Counted from the stretch's first letter, positions 1 to 13,466 are shown. The stretch is 64,000 bases of DNA from an uncultured Phycisphaerales bacterium (GCA_963844715.1 CAWJPJ010000008.1:288001-352000), one strand, 5' to 3'. The notes: generated by a model from the letters alone, not told the origin. Made by a program: numbers and translations.

Positions 1-701
1 TGGACGGCGACGGCGGTGTCGCCGAGCATGGTTTCGGGGCGGGTTGTGGCGACGGTCATGAATTTGTCTGTGCCGTCGATGGGGTAGCGGATGTGCCAGA
101 GGCTGGTCTTTACCGTTTCATGGTAAATCTCGTCGTCGGAGATCGAAGTTTGTAAGTGCACGTCCCAATTGACGAGGCGTTTGCCTCGGTAGATTAGGCC
201 GTCTTTGAAGAGTTTGAAGAAGGTTTCTCTAACGGCTTTGGCGAGTTGGTCGTCTAGGGTGAATCTTGTGCGGGACCAGTCGCAGGAGCAGCCGAGGCGT
301 TTGAGTTGTTCCAGGATTCGGTCGCCGTATTGTTGTTTCCAGGTCCAGATTCTTTCGACGAGGGCTTCGCGGCCGACGTCGTGGCGGGTTTTGTTTTCTT
401 TTTCCTTTAGCTGCTTTTCTACGACGGCTTGTGTGGCGATGCCGGCGTGATCGATGCCGGGGATCCAGACGGTGTTGAATCCGCGCATGCGGTGGACGCG
501 GGTGAGGATGTCCTGGAGGGTGTTGTTGATGGCGTGGCCGAGGTGAAGGGCGCCGGTGACGTTGGGGGGAGGGATGACGATGCTGTAGGGGGAGCCGGGG
601 GCGTTGGGGTCGGCGGTGAAGCAGTTTTCGTCCAGCCAGATTTTGTAGATCGGGGCTTCTATGCTGGCGGGGTCGTAGGTTTTGGAGATGGGGGCGGTCA
701 T
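1..701 (-). CDS. valS: valyl-tRNA ligase, N-terminal part (runs off the window)
   Basis: Manual minus-strand translation MTAPISKTYDPASIEAPIY...IPPPNVTGALHLGHAINNTLQDIL.R..RMRG...WIPGIDHAGIATQAVVEK is the ValRS HIGH region. Not in the ORF track because it is truncated. Confidence 0.96.
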   Translation of the reverse strand, partial: MTAPISKTYDPASIEAPIYKIWLDENCFTADPNAPGSPYSIVIPPPNVTGALHLGHAINNTLQDILTRVHRMRGFNTVWIPGIDHAGIATQAVVEKQLKEKENKTRHDVGREALVERIWTWKQQYGDRILEQLKRLGCSCDWSRTRFTLDDQLAKAVRETFFKLFKDGLIYRGKRLVNWDVHLQTSISDDEIYHETVKTSLWHIRYPIDGTDKFMTVATTRPETMLGDTAVAV

Positions 702-734
702 GGGTTCGTAAATGTTACTGGATAACTATGGGTG

Positions 735-911
735 AAAACCAGAAACCGGAAACCCGAATGAAGAATCAGGCGAAAACCCGAAGCCCGAAACCAGAATGAC
801 GAATCAAATCCGAATGACTGAATGACCGAATGGGCTATCGGCGGGGCGAATGCTATGGGTCATTCGGGAATTCGGGTTTGATTCTGGTTTCGGGTTTCGT
901 CATTCGGATTT
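735..911. repeat. degenerate GAATGAC/GAAACCC heptamer tandem repeats arranged as two inverted arms
   Basis: ccgaaaccagaatgacgaatcaaatccgaatgactgaatgaccgaatg is followed by the near reverse complement cattcgggaattcgggtttgattctggtttcgggtttcgtcattcggattt. A related copy lies at 7297-7381. Confidence 0.85.
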
Positions 912-2099
912 AGGTATTAGGCGTTTGCCTACGGTTTGTCTTATTCCCAACGCCTTGAGGTATCGCCGGCGCAATACGGTGCGCTTTCGTTCGATTTCTG
1001 TCGGGGAATTGGTTTCGAGGGGGATGAAGCCTCCGGCTTTGGTGCGGTGGCCGCCGCCTTCGCCGGCGCCTCTTAGGAGGCGTCTGATCATGTCGGCGGC
1101 GGAGAGTTTGCTGCTGCTGGTGCGGAGGCTGAGGACGAGGCGGTTCTCGTAGGCGGCGGTGACCAGGGCCCAGTGGATGGGCTCGAAACGTAGGAGAAAG
1201 TCGGCGATGAGGGCGGGCTTTTCTGGGGTGTCGATGGTGTCTAGGTGGGAGATGATGGCGTCGTCGTAATAGAAGGCGTTGGACAGGCCGCTGAAATAGC
1301 TGGTGTAGTAGGACTGGGGGAGGTCGACGTAGCGCATCTGGTAGAGTTTTCTGGGATTGGCCAGGAGGGTGAGGCTGGAGAGGGCGATGTTGTCGAGTTC
1401 GCCGGGTTGGCCGGCGGCGCCGGCGAGGTCGGACTCGACGCCGTAGAGAAGCGTGGCGGCCAGTTCGGGGGAGATGGACTGCTCGACCTCCATGAAATAG
1501 CTGAAGATGATCGAGCTGGTGGCGCCAACATCCGTGCGGATATCGCAGAAGGGGCAGTGGGGGCGTTTGCGGTTGCGATGATGGTCGATGACGGCGAGGG
1601 GAGGAAGATCGGCGGGGAGGGGGTTGTAGGAGAACATCGGCTGCACGTCGGTGAGGATGTGGGCGTCATAATCGCGCAGGGCGGAATCGTTCCAGGGTTT
1701 GAGATCGAGGTTGCTGTTTTTGACGAAGGCTTCGTTGACTCCGCCGCCGACTTCGCCCTTGATGGACATGTCAACCGTGGCGTGGGGGAGGCGGGCTTCG
1801 AGAAGCGTTCGCAAGGCCCAGGCGCTGGCCAGGGCGTCGGGGTCGGGATAGATGTGCGTGGTGACGAGGATGTTTTTTTTGTCCTGGAGAAGTTTGAGGA
1901 GCTTGCCGAAGCGGGGTCGGTGGCGGGCCTGGCGCTCGGCGGCGACGGCGGAACCGACAGCGGTTTCGACGCAGGCTTCGACGAAGGCGGTGGGTTGTTG
2001 GGAATCTTCTGATAACGATGCGATTTCTGAATCGGTGGGATCGGGATTGGGTTCGGGTGACGAGGGGGGCGGCTGAGGGTTTTGGGTGGTGCGCGACAT
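900..2099 (-). CDS. DHH/DHHA1 family phosphoesterase (NrnA/Pde2-like)
   Basis: Motifs THIYPDPDALAS, IDHH, YGVESD and GGGH. Start taken at MSRTTQ (2099). Confidence 0.9.
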   Translation of the reverse strand: MSRTTQNPQPPPSSPEPNPDPTDSEIASLSEDSQQPTAFVEACVETAVGSAVAAERQARHRPRFGKLLKLLQDKKNILVTTHIYPDPDALASAWALRTLLEARLPHATVDMSIKGEVGGGVNEAFVKNSNLDLKPWNDSALRDYDAHILTDVQPMFSYNPLPADLPPLAVIDHHRNRKRPHCPFCDIRTDVGATSSIIFSYFMEVEQSISPELAATLLYGVESDLAGAAGQPGELDNIALSSLTLLANPRKLYQMRYVDLPQSYYTSYFSGLSNAFYYDDAIISHLDTIDTPEKPALIADFLLRFEPIHWALVTAAYENRLVLSLRTSSSKLSAADMIRRLLRGAGEGGGHRTKAGGFIPLETNSPTEIERKRTVLRRRYLKALGIRQTVGKRLIPKSE

Positions 2100-2182
2100 T
2101 TGAATTATTTGCCTGGGTAATGATAGCACTTTGATGGGAGGACGGGGAATTGGGGGTTGGGTGGGGGGGATAAGTCGTTCGA

Positions 2183-2445
2183 TTTGAGGCTCGCGGAATA
2201 TGTGACGTAAATGCGTTGATGGGGAGTTGGGTCGGGGGAGGTTTTGGTGCCGAGGGGATGCGCGGGCTCGAATGCGAGAATGCGCGGCCGATTCGATAGG
2301 TGCTGGCTGGCCTGGTGGGGGAGGGGTGGGCATTTTCGCGAGGAGAGACGAGAGAGTCGCCGCCTGGGGCGGCAGGTGTGAAAGGAATTTCGAGCTACGG
2401 GCTCGACCTCAATCGTCCTTCACGCCGCCTTGTCCGACCTCGGTG
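2183..2445. repeat. dispersed structured repeat, copy 1 (possible MITE, IS end or ncRNA)
   Basis: 2183-2340 is repeated at 2587-2743, and 2245-2440 is homologous to 25176-25372. Contains conserved hairpins gccgcc-N3-ggcggc and cgagc-N5-gctcg. Confidence 0.8.
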
Positions 2446-2586
2446 GGGGTATGTCGGAACACATTGCTCGTGGTTCATCCGGTGACACGGGGTACGTCCG
2501 CGATCGGGGGGTACGATGTGATCGCTTTGGGTTTGATCGGGCGGATCGAGCAGATGCGGGAGTCTTCGGCAGCGTAGTTAATACAT

Positions 2587-2743
2587 TTTAAGGTTCGCGG
2601 AATCTCCGACGTAAATTAATCGACGCGGGGATGGGTCGGGGGAGGTTTTGGTGCTGAGGGGATGCGCGGGCTCGAATGTGAGAATGCGCGGCCGATTCGA
2701 TAGGTGCTGGCTGGCCTGGTGGGGGAGGGGTGGGCATTTTCGC
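2587..2743. repeat. dispersed structured repeat, partial direct copy 2
   Basis: Near-identical to 2229-2339 (tgggtcgggggaggttttggtgc...gggcattttcgc), with weaker upstream similarity (tcgcggaat...gacgtaaat). Confidence 0.85.
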
Positions 2744-2835
2744 AGGGGGGGTGGAATCGCGGTGCTGCGCACCGCCGCTAAATTGGGGAGGGGGGCGCGG
2801 GGAACGATTCGGGCGGGGCTGGTTGGTTCACGAAT

Positions 2836-3155
2836 TCAGTCGTCGGTGATTCCTAGAGCGAAGAGGAGGGCTGGGGCGAGCGGTCGCATTTTTTGCTGGG
2901 GGAGGGTGGTGATGAGGGGTCCGATTCGTCCGCGCGAGACGGTTTGGATGTGATCGAGATTGACGGCGCAATGCGCGGCATGCCGTCGGCGGGAGTGAGG
3001 GGGACTTCGGAGGGGATGTCGCGCACGGTGGTCGTGATGGGGGCGACGGTGACTTCGCCGAGGAATTCGAGGGCGGAGTCGCGGGTGAGGATCAAGACGG
3101 GGCGGCGTTTGTCGGGGCGGGGGAATTTGTACCATCGAACTTCGCCGCGCTTCAC
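2836..3155 (-). CDS. mazF: PemK/MazF family toxin (one frameshift)
   Basis: MKRGEVRWYKFPRPDKRRPVLILTRD...VTVAPITT continues in another frame as CAVNLDHIQTVSRGRIG...ALLFALG. Confidence 0.9.
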
Positions 3156-3385
3156 GGCTCACCCCAGGCCTGCTGGGATTCCCAGCCGGAGAATTCGCCT
3201 TTGCGAGGCGGCTTCTTTTTGTAGCCGGCGCGGTGTTTTGCCTCGAGTTCGCGAAGTTTGAGGCGGGTCATGGCGGTGCGCAGGGCGTCGCGCGTGAAGG
3301 CGGATCGGGTGGTGCCGAGTTTTTCGGCAGCGGCATCCACCTCCGCGACGAGCTGATTGTCCAGGGTCATCTGAACGGTCTTCAT
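3152..3385 (-). CDS. ribbon-helix-helix antitoxin (MazE/CopG-like)
   Basis: MKTVQMTLDNQLVAEVDAAAEKLGTTRSAFTRDALR has the RHH pattern, and its stop overlaps the toxin start. Confidence 0.88.
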   Translation of the reverse strand: MKTVQMTLDNQLVAEVDAAAEKLGTTRSAFTRDALRTAMTRLKLRELEAKHRAGYKKKPPRKGEFSGWESQQAWGEP

Positions 3386-3487
3386 AGTTATAATTATAGC
3401 TATAGATATAGTGGCTTCAATCCACATTGATCGGCGAATTTCGGCCAAGTGATTAGGCGATTGCTGGGGCGAGGGGGAATGCCGCGG

Positions 3488-4168
3488 CTAGTGGCGGATG
3501 AGTTGCTGTCGGAGGGAGGCGATGGCGGCTTGGCGGTTGGGGTGGTCGAAGATGGCGCTGGCGACGACGAACCAGTCGATGCCGGCGCTGGCGGCGTGGG
3601 CGATGGTTTCGGGGTTGATGCCGCCGTCGATTTCCAATCGTTGGTTGGGTCTGAGGCGTTTTTTTACGGTTTCGGCTTTGGGGAGGACCTCGGGCATGAA
3701 TTTTTGGCCGGAGAAGCCGGGGACTACGCTCATGATGAGGACGTGATCGACTTCCTCGATGGCGGGGAGAATGTCTTCGACGGGCGTCGCGGGGTTTAGC
3801 GTGATGCCTACGTGTTTGCAGCCCAGGTTTCTGAGTTCCCTGGCGGTGGATTTTACGTCGGTGACGACTTCGCAGTGGAAGGTGAGGGCGTCGGCGCCGG
3901 CTTTGAGGAAGCCGGGGGCGTAGCGGACCGGTTCGGAGATCATCAGGTGGATGTCGAGGTAAGCGGGGGTGACGCGGCGGGTGGCGGCGGTGATGGCGGG
4001 GCCGAAGCTGATGTTGGGGACGAAGTGGCCGTCCATGATGTCGAGGTGGAGGAAGTCGACGCCGCCGCGGTCGACGTCGGTTATTTCGGAGGCTAGTTTT
4101 GAAAAGTCGGCGGAGAGAATCGACGCGGCGATTTGGGGAGTTGAGAGCTGGAAGGGATTATTGGTCAT
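3488..4168 (-). CDS. rpe: ribulose-phosphate 3-epimerase
   Basis: [43 protein letters not shown] and EIDGG motifs. Confidence 0.97.
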   Translation of the reverse strand: MTNNPFQLSTPQIAASILSADFSKLASEITDVDRGGVDFLHLDIMDGHFVPNISFGPAITAATRRVTPAYLDIHLMISEPVRYAPGFLKAGADALTFHCEVVTDVKSTARELRNLGCKHVGITLNPATPVEDILPAIEEVDHVLIMSVVPGFSGQKFMPEVLPKAETVKKRLRPNQRLEIDGGINPETIAHAASAGIDWFVVASAIFDHPNRQAAIASLRQQLIRH

Positions 4169-4172
4169 GAAT

Positions 4173-4245
4173 AGTTGCCAGTTGCCAGTTGCCAGTTGCC
4201 AGTGGGTGCCTTCTACTGGGCAACTGGCAACTAATAGCTGGCAAT
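4173..4245. repeat. (GTTGCCA)n heptamer inverted repeat
   Basis: agttgccagttgccagttgccagttgccagt...actgggcaactggcaact. Same family at 12649 and 58273. Confidence 0.9.
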
Positions 4246-4263
4246 TATTTTTATTTTCAATTG

Positions 4264-5452
<1,189 letters not shown>

Positions 5453-5513
5453 GAATGTCTCCTTGATGTCGGGGATGCTACGACGGAGGAGAGGGAGGTC
5501 AAGATGAAGGAGA

Positions 5514-5620
5514 TAGGCACTGAGGCACGTAGGCACGAAGGGAGATGCAAATGCGGCTTGCCTTCACTTCGTGCCTTCGTGCCTATGTGCCTTCGTGTCT
5601 ATGTGCCTTCGTGCCTTTCC
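5514..5620. repeat. octamer (AGGCACGA / TCGTGCCT) inverted tandem repeat
   Basis: aggcactgaggcacgtaggcacgaagg ... cttcgtgccttcgtgcctatgtgccttcgtgtctatgtgccttcgtgcct, lying between the divergent pgk and hisI genes. Confidence 0.88.
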
Positions 5621-5664
5621 TTCACCCGTTTGACAAACTGGGGGCGGGCATCAAAACTTCCCTT

Positions 5665-6055
5665 ATGGATTCTCAATTGGAAGGGCTTAAATTCGATGCC
5701 AGCGGATTGATACCGGCGATTATTCAGGATGCGCGGTACGGGGGAGGTTCTGATGATGGCTTGGATGAATCGGGCGGCTCTGGAGCAGACGGTGCGGACG
5801 GGGCAGACGCATTTTTTCAGCCGGAGCAGGAACAAACAGTGGCTGAAGGGGGAAAGCAGCGGGCACGTGCAGAATGTGAAGTCGATCGCGACGGATTGCG
5901 ACAAGGACGTGCTGCTGGTTCGAGTGGAGCAGGTCGGGGCGGCGTGCCATGAGGGGTATTACAGTTGCTTCTTCCGCCAACACCAGGCGGGGGGAAAAGA
6001 TTGGAAAATCGTCGGCGAGAAAAAGTTCGACCCCGAGACGGTCTACAAAAAGTAA
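5665..6055 (+). CDS. hisI: phosphoribosyl-AMP cyclohydrolase (one frameshift near 5735)
   Basis: LKFDASGLIPAIIQDA / TGEVLMMAWMN, FFSRSR, WLKGESSG, DCDKD and ACHEGYYSCFF. Confidence 0.95.
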
Positions 6056-6129
6056 CGCGTCCCAAGGGAGAACCGGCCAGGAACGACCCACTGGGGCGTC
6101 TGGTGGCTAATTGGGCGTTCCCGGTCTAC

Positions 6130-7287
6130 ATGGGATTGATGCTGCTGGGATTTTATTTGATCCGGCAGAATGGATTCCTGACCGGGACGCGCAGCGGGGT
6201 ACGCGCGCTCTTCTTCGCCATCAACGCGGGAACGCTGACGGGGTATGAGCAAAATCCCGGCGTGGGGGGGCTGGCGTTTTTTGGGCAGGTTGTGGTGCTG
6301 GTGCTGATGATCGTGGGGACGCTGTTCACGACGATCGTGGGGGGGCTGGCGGTGAAGCGGATCATTCGGTCGCGGTTCAGCGATGATCAGGTGATTTATG
6401 CGGCGGTGATTGCGCTGGCGGCGGCGGTGATTTTGGGGACGCCGGGGCTGGTGACGGGGGACCGATCGGCGGGGGAGGCGTGGTTTCGCGGGTGTTTTCT
6501 GGCGACGAGCGCGTATGGGAATTGCGGGCTGTTTCTGGGGGCGCTGCCGGATCGGATGAGTTGGATGACGCACGGGGTTTTGCTGCCGCTGACGGCGCTG
6601 GGGGGATTGGGGATTCCGGTGCTGATGGAGATGGCTTGCGCGGTCGGGCGCAGGGGGGCGATGTCGAAACATTCGCGGGATGTGCTGATTTCTTCCGCGT
6701 GGCTGTATGTGATCGGGTTTGGGGTGCTATGGGGATTGAATCTGGCTTCGGCGCGCAGTACGCCGACTGCGGAGTCGGAAATTCAGGCGGCGACTTCGAG
6801 CAGCATTTTTGCGATCGAGTCGCGGTCGGGAGGATTACCGATCGTGCCGGTGCATGATCTTTCGCAGAGCGCGCAGTGGGCGCTGGTCGTTTTGATGATG
6901 GTCGGGGCGAGCCCGGGAGGGACCGGGGGCGGGCTGAAGACGACGACGGTGCTGGAATTATGGAGAGGAACGCGGCGGCTGTTGGCGGGAGAGCCGGCGG
7001 GCAGAGCGTTTGGCGTGGCGGTGATGTGGGTGGGGATTTATGCGGGGATTGTGATTGGGGGGGCGATGCTGCTTTCGTTCATCAATCCTGCGGCGGCGTT
7101 TGATGGGACGCTGATGAACGCGGTGAGCGGGGCGAGTAATGTGGGGTTTACGCTTTCGGGCGTGCCGGATGCGCAGAATATTATGTATGCGCACTGCGCG
7201 ATCATGCTGCTGGGGCGGATGGTGCCGGTGATGATTTTGTGGTGGGTGGCGGACACGATGCCGGAGGTTGAAGTGGCCGTCGGGTAG
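6130..7287 (+). CDS. TrkH/KtrB-like potassium uptake membrane protein (start uncertain)
   Basis: Hydrophobic protein with four pore-loop-like segments (TLTGY, YGNCG, SRSGG, SNVGF), plus GASPGGTGGGLKTTT and MLLGR. Confidence 0.85.
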   Translation: MGLMLLGFYLIRQNGFLTGTRSGVRALFFAINAGTLTGYEQNPGVGGLAFFGQVVVLVLMIVGTLFTTIVGGLAVKRIIRSRFSDDQVIYAAVIALAAAVILGTPGLVTGDRSAGEAWFRGCFLATSAYGNCGLFLGALPDRMSWMTHGVLLPLTALGGLGIPVLMEMACAVGRRGAMSKHSRDVLISSAWLYVIGFGVLWGLNLASARSTPTAESEIQAATSSSIFAIESRSGGLPIVPVHDLSQSAQWALVVLMMVGASPGGTGGGLKTTTVLELWRGTRRLLAGEPAGRAFGVAVMWVGIYAGIVIGGAMLLSFINPAAAFDGTLMNAVSGASNVGFTLSGVPDAQNIMYAHCAIMLLGRMVPVMILWWVADTMPEVEVAVG

Positions 7288-7296
7288 AGGCGCGGG

Positions 7297-7381
7297 AAAT
7301 CCTGAAATCCGAAACCCGAAACCAGAATGACGAATCAATGACGGAATGACCGAATGAGCGAAGGGTCGTTCGTCATTCGGA
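7297..7381. repeat. GAATGAC-family heptamer repeat
   Basis: aaatccgaaacccgaaaccagaatgacgaatcaatgacggaatgaccgaatg shares about 20 nt exactly with 785-806. Confidence 0.82.
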
Positions 7382-8155
7382 GTATTCGCACCACGTCTTG
7401 CTCGTTTCCCAGACTGTGACGGCGGCTAGTTTGGCGCCGGATTTTTCGACGGGGTTTTTAAGCAGCCGGTAGATGACCATCGCTATGTTTTCGACCGAAG
7501 GGATTAATTCTCGGAATTGGGGTAGCTCTGTGTTTAGGTTTTTGTGATCGAAGGGTTCGATGATTGTGTCGGAGACGATTCGCTCGAAGTCGGGGACTTG
7601 GAGTTGAGTGGTGGCGGGGGCGGAGAGGGTGACTTCCAGGACGTAGTTGTGGCCGTGGCCGTTGGGGTTGTTGCATTTGCCGAAGAGGCGGCGGTTTTCT
7701 TCTTCGCTGAGCTGGGGGTTGTGGAGGCGATGGGAGGCGGAGAATTCGAATTTCTGGCTGAGGCGGACCATGGCGGGCTCCTGGGAAAGGATCTGGTAGG
7801 AAAGATAGGGAGTCAGTCTTAGGCGCAGGGCGTGCAGATCGGTGCTCGGCCAGGCGCGGCGGATGAGTTCGTATTGGCGCGAGAGAAGCTCGGCGGGATT
7901 GCGGCGGCCGGAGCGGAGGAAATCGGCGGTTAAGGGGATGGCGCGGTGGCGGACGGCTTGGTCGATGTCTTTGATATTCAGAACGCAGCCGGATTGGGGG
8001 TCGGGGGTTCCTTCTACTGTGGCTTCGAGGGTGAAATATTGGCCCAGGCCGGTGAGAGTGGGGTAGCCGGCGAAGCTGTTGGTGGGCGGGGTGTTTAATT
8101 GGTCGTCGGGGGGGTCGTTGATGGCGAAGCGGACTTCGCGGGTTAGGCGGAACAT
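7373..8155 (-). CDS. 6-pyruvoyl/6-carboxy-tetrahydropterin synthase family protein, tandem T-fold domains
   Basis: FSASHRLH, FGKCNNPNGHGHNY, FDHKNLN, SVENIA and VWET in the C-terminal domain, preceded by a degenerate N-terminal copy. Confidence 0.9.
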   Translation of the reverse strand: MFRLTREVRFAINDPPDDQLNTPPTNSFAGYPTLTGLGQYFTLEATVEGTPDPQSGCVLNIKDIDQAVRHRAIPLTADFLRSGRRNPAELLSRQYELIRRAWPSTDLHALRLRLTPYLSYQILSQEPAMVRLSQKFEFSASHRLHNPQLSEEENRRLFGKCNNPNGHGHNYVLEVTLSAPATTQLQVPDFERIVSDTIIEPFDHKNLNTELPQFRELIPSVENIAMVIYRLLKNPVEKSGAKLAAVTVWETSKTWCEYSE

Positions 8156-8212
8156 GGGGGGGATTATAGTCTGGGATGCGCCGCCTGAAGGCGGCCGCTA
8201 AAGTTGGTGAGG

Positions 8213-10111
8213 TTATGGGGGGGAGGAGGGTTGGGTGGCGGCGGCGGCGCGGAATTTGGTTAGTTGGGCTTCCATGAAGGTGTCGCCGGGGGTGAGTTGT
8301 AGGGCGCGGGATTCGAGTTCGACGGCTTTTTGGGCGTGGCCCAGGCGATAGTTGACGTCGGCTAGGGTGTCGATGACGGCGGAGTCCTGGGGGAGCTTGG
8401 CGACGGCTTGGGTGGCCCAAACGAGGGCTTCGGGGAGATGTTCGCTCGTTTCGGCGCAGAGCCAGGCGATGCCGTTGAGAAGTTCGGGGTCGTCAGGGTG
8501 GGCGTCGAGTTTGGCTTTTTCTTCGGTGAAGGCGGTGTTGAAAAGTTTCGAGGCGGCGTCGAATTGGCCGCGTTGTTTTAGGAGGGGGACGGCGTCGATG
8601 GCGATGTCCATGGCGGTTTGGGCGTCGGTGGCTTTCAGCTCGAGGAGATCGTTGAGCTGTTTGGTGACTTCGGCGTTGTCGTGTTTTGCCTGGGCGGCGC
8701 GGATGCAGCGCCAATGGACTTCGGCCCAGATGTCTTGTCTGGAGACGTAGATTAAGTTGCCGCGGCCGTCCGTACGGGTGAGGTTGCCGTCGCCCGCGCG
8801 AAGGGCGAGTTCGGTATTTTTGGCGGCTTCGAAATCATCGCCGCGGCGGACGGCCATGGCGGCGAGTTGGAATCTTGCGTCGATGATCTGGGGTTGGTTG
8901 CCGTCGGGGTCGGGAGTCATTTGGAGGATTTGATTGAATTCGGGTTGGGCGAGGTCGTCCCAGCCGTGGTCGACGAGGAAGGAGCCGACATTAATTCGCT
9001 CGGTTTGGGTGTGAGAAGCGGCGAAGGCGGCGGCGCGAGCGGCGGCGGCGTCCTTGGGTTTGGACTGGTGAGCGTAAAGCAGTGAAAGGCTGTATTCGAT
9101 TTTGGGGGTTTGCGCGGCGGAACCGGCGAGTTGGAGATCGTTGTCGAGGCCGGGGAGGGGGCCGTAATCGGCCTGGAGGGCGAAGAGTTCCAACAGCGGA
9201 AGGGGGATTCCGGATTCGTCGGTTGTCGAGCCGCGGGCGTATTGCTTGCGGCGGAGATCGGCGGCGGCGGCATAATTTTTGTCCGCGACATCGAAATCGC
9301 AGAGGAGATCGACGACATAATCGAATTCGCTGTCGTCGCAGGGATTGGCGAATTCCAGATCGGCGCAGCGGGCGAGGAGCTTGCGGGCCTGGTCGGGGTC
9401 GGTTTCGAGACGCGCGTAGGCGCCGAGGGCGAGGAGGGGCGGATCGTTTTCAGTCGGCTGGATGTCGCGGAAGCGCGAGAGGAGATCGGCGTCGCCCATG
9501 CGGCGGAATTGGCCGGCGATGGTCCAGCGGACATCGACACTGGGGTCTTCGGCGAGGAGGCGGGCGAGGACATCGAAGACGGCGGGATCGTCGCGGAGCG
9601 CCGCGCGGTCATCACCGGCGCGCTTGCCGCGCTGTGCGGCGGGATCGGTGAGCGGGGCGGCCAGTTCGCCGGTGATAATCTGGCGGCGCTGATTGATGTC
9701 GGGGTTGCCGTAATGGCGGAGGATGTCCTGAATGGCGGCGGGATCGGAGGGGAGATACCAGGGCATCTGGAGGAGGATTTGTGCGGCGCGGTCGCGGAGG
9801 TCGGGGTCGTCGCCGCGGGCGGCGCGGAGGACGGCGGGGCGCGCGGGGCGTCCGATTTTGAGGAGATCGACGGCGGCGGCGCTGCGCTGGACGGCGTCCT
9901 CGCTGGCGAGCTGGTCGATCAGAGTATCGATGCGGGTTGGGACGCCTTGCGGGGGCGCGACGGCGAGGCAAAATGAGGCGGAAAGCAGGACCAGACTTAT
10001 CGAAAAAACGGTCCTAAAATAGGTGAGAACGGGAGAAAATCCCGCAGTTCTTTTAAGGCCGCCGGCGTGGCAATCCGGCGGAATTCTGCGATAATGTTTG
10101 GTTCGTTTCAT
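8213..10111 (-). CDS. exported HEAT/TPR-repeat protein (start uncertain)
   Basis: Signal-like LVLLSASFCLA, HEAT-like LIDQLASEDAVQRSAAAVDL, and C-terminal TPR LLNGIAW...IDTLADVNYRLG. Confidence 0.7.
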   Translation of the reverse strand: MKRTKHYRRIPPDCHAGGLKRTAGFSPVLTYFRTVFSISLVLLSASFCLAVAPPQGVPTRIDTLIDQLASEDAVQRSAAAVDLLKIGRPARPAVLRAARGDDPDLRDRAAQILLQMPWYLPSDPAAIQDILRHYGNPDINQRRQIITGELAAPLTDPAAQRGKRAGDDRAALRDDPAVFDVLARLLAEDPSVDVRWTIAGQFRRMGDADLLSRFRDIQPTENDPPLLALGAYARLETDPDQARKLLARCADLEFANPCDDSEFDYVVDLLCDFDVADKNYAAAADLRRKQYARGSTTDESGIPLPLLELFALQADYGPLPGLDNDLQLAGSAAQTPKIEYSLSLLYAHQSKPKDAAAARAAAFAASHTQTERINVGSFLVDHGWDDLAQPEFNQILQMTPDPDGNQPQIIDARFQLAAMAVRRGDDFEAAKNTELALRAGDGNLTRTDGRGNLIYVSRQDIWAEVHWRCIRAAQAKHDNAEVTKQLNDLLELKATDAQTAMDIAIDAVPLLKQRGQFDAASKLFNTAFTEEKAKLDAHPDDPELLNGIAWLCAETSEHLPEALVWATQAVAKLPQDSAVIDTLADVNYRLGHAQKAVELESRALQLTPGDTFMEAQLTKFRAAAATQPSSPP

Positions 10112-10139
10112 ATCACCCGGAAACAGGCAGGTGGGGTGA

Positions 10140-12641
<2,502 letters not shown>

Positions 12642-12648
12642 AACGGAT

Positions 12649-12680
12649 AGTTGCCAGTTGCTAGTTGCCAGTTGCCAGTG
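12649..12680. repeat. (GTTGCCA)n heptamer tract directly after the gyrB stop
   Basis: agttgccagttgctagttgccagttgccagtg. Confidence 0.85.
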
Positions 12681-12698
12681 ATCGGCGGAAGACCAGTC

Positions 12699-13095
12699 AT
12701 GAGGCGTTCAAACGCAATCGCCGCGCTTGCCGTAATTGCGTTTGTTCTTTTTGTTTTTTGGGCTCACCGATGTAATTCCACCGCGGGCGATGACTCGGAC
12801 CAGAATGTTTGTGACGGCCGATCGCATTGGTTATTATTTCTCCGGCCACAAATGTCTGCCTTCGAACTTAGGCGCACTGCCGCCGCGCGCGGGTGACGCG
12901 GGACAAGCCACGGACGTTTGGGGGCATCCGATTCAGTATGTAGTCGATGGGAATGACTCTTTTACACTGGTCAGCTTGGGACGCAATGGAGTTGTCGGCG
13001 GCTCGGGTGACGATGCGGACATCGTTGAGCGGTATCAAATCGTCAGGGGGCAAGCGCAGGAAATTCCGCCTTCGACGCGCAATGGAAACCAATGA
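12699..13095 (+). CDS. small membrane-anchored protein with a GspG/T2SSG-like C-terminal domain (probable frameshift near 12755)
   Basis: N-terminal TM segment MRRSNAIAALAVIAFVLF, and DVWGHPIQY...FTLVSLGRNGVVGGSGDDADI resembling the GspG C-terminal motif. Confidence 0.65.
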
Positions 13096-13466
13096 CTGAA
13101 CGAGTTCGTAAATCCAGAATCATCCGCTGCACTGCGCGAGGGCTGCGAGCGAGTACGAAAAAAGAGCTGGATGAGCTTGAGCGGTTGATGGATAAGCCCG
13201 TGGACACTTCGGACATACCGGAGATGAATTTCGTGAAACGGCCGTTCAGTCAGATTCGCGCGGCGATTGTGCGTGAATTGCACCGGCAAGGCCTGACCGC
13301 ATACCGGCTTTGGAAGCTGGCCAATCGATTTTCGCCGAGGCTTCCTGAATCGGCGGTGTACGAATTCCTCGCGAATAAGCGATCGGTGCGGGTTGATTAC
13401 GCCGACGCGATGCTTCGGGCGCTGGGAATTGAATTGACTGTGCCGAAGCGCAAGCGGGCAGGCTGA
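13092..13466 (+). CDS. XRE-like helix-turn-helix protein with a BrnA-like N-terminal motif
   Basis: PVDTSDIPEM followed by GLTAYRLWKLA...SAVYEFLANKRSVRVDYADAMLRALGIEL. ATGA overlap with the upstream gene. Confidence 0.6.
   Translation: MTERVRKSRIIRCTARGLRASTKKELDELERLMDKPVDTSDIPEMNFVKRPFSQIRAAIVRELHRQGLTAYRLWKLANRFSPRLPESAVYEFLANKRSVRVDYADAMLRALGIELTVPKRKRAG

Noticed and set aside
2183..2743. Direct repeats as a CRISPR array
   Set aside because: Only two long (~157 bp) copies, no 25-45 bp repeat/spacer periodicity and no cas genes.
4173..4245. Recurrent peptides [10 protein letters not shown] / LPVASCQ in several ORFs as a protein motif
   Set aside because: They are translations of the non-coding GTTGCCA heptamer repeat.
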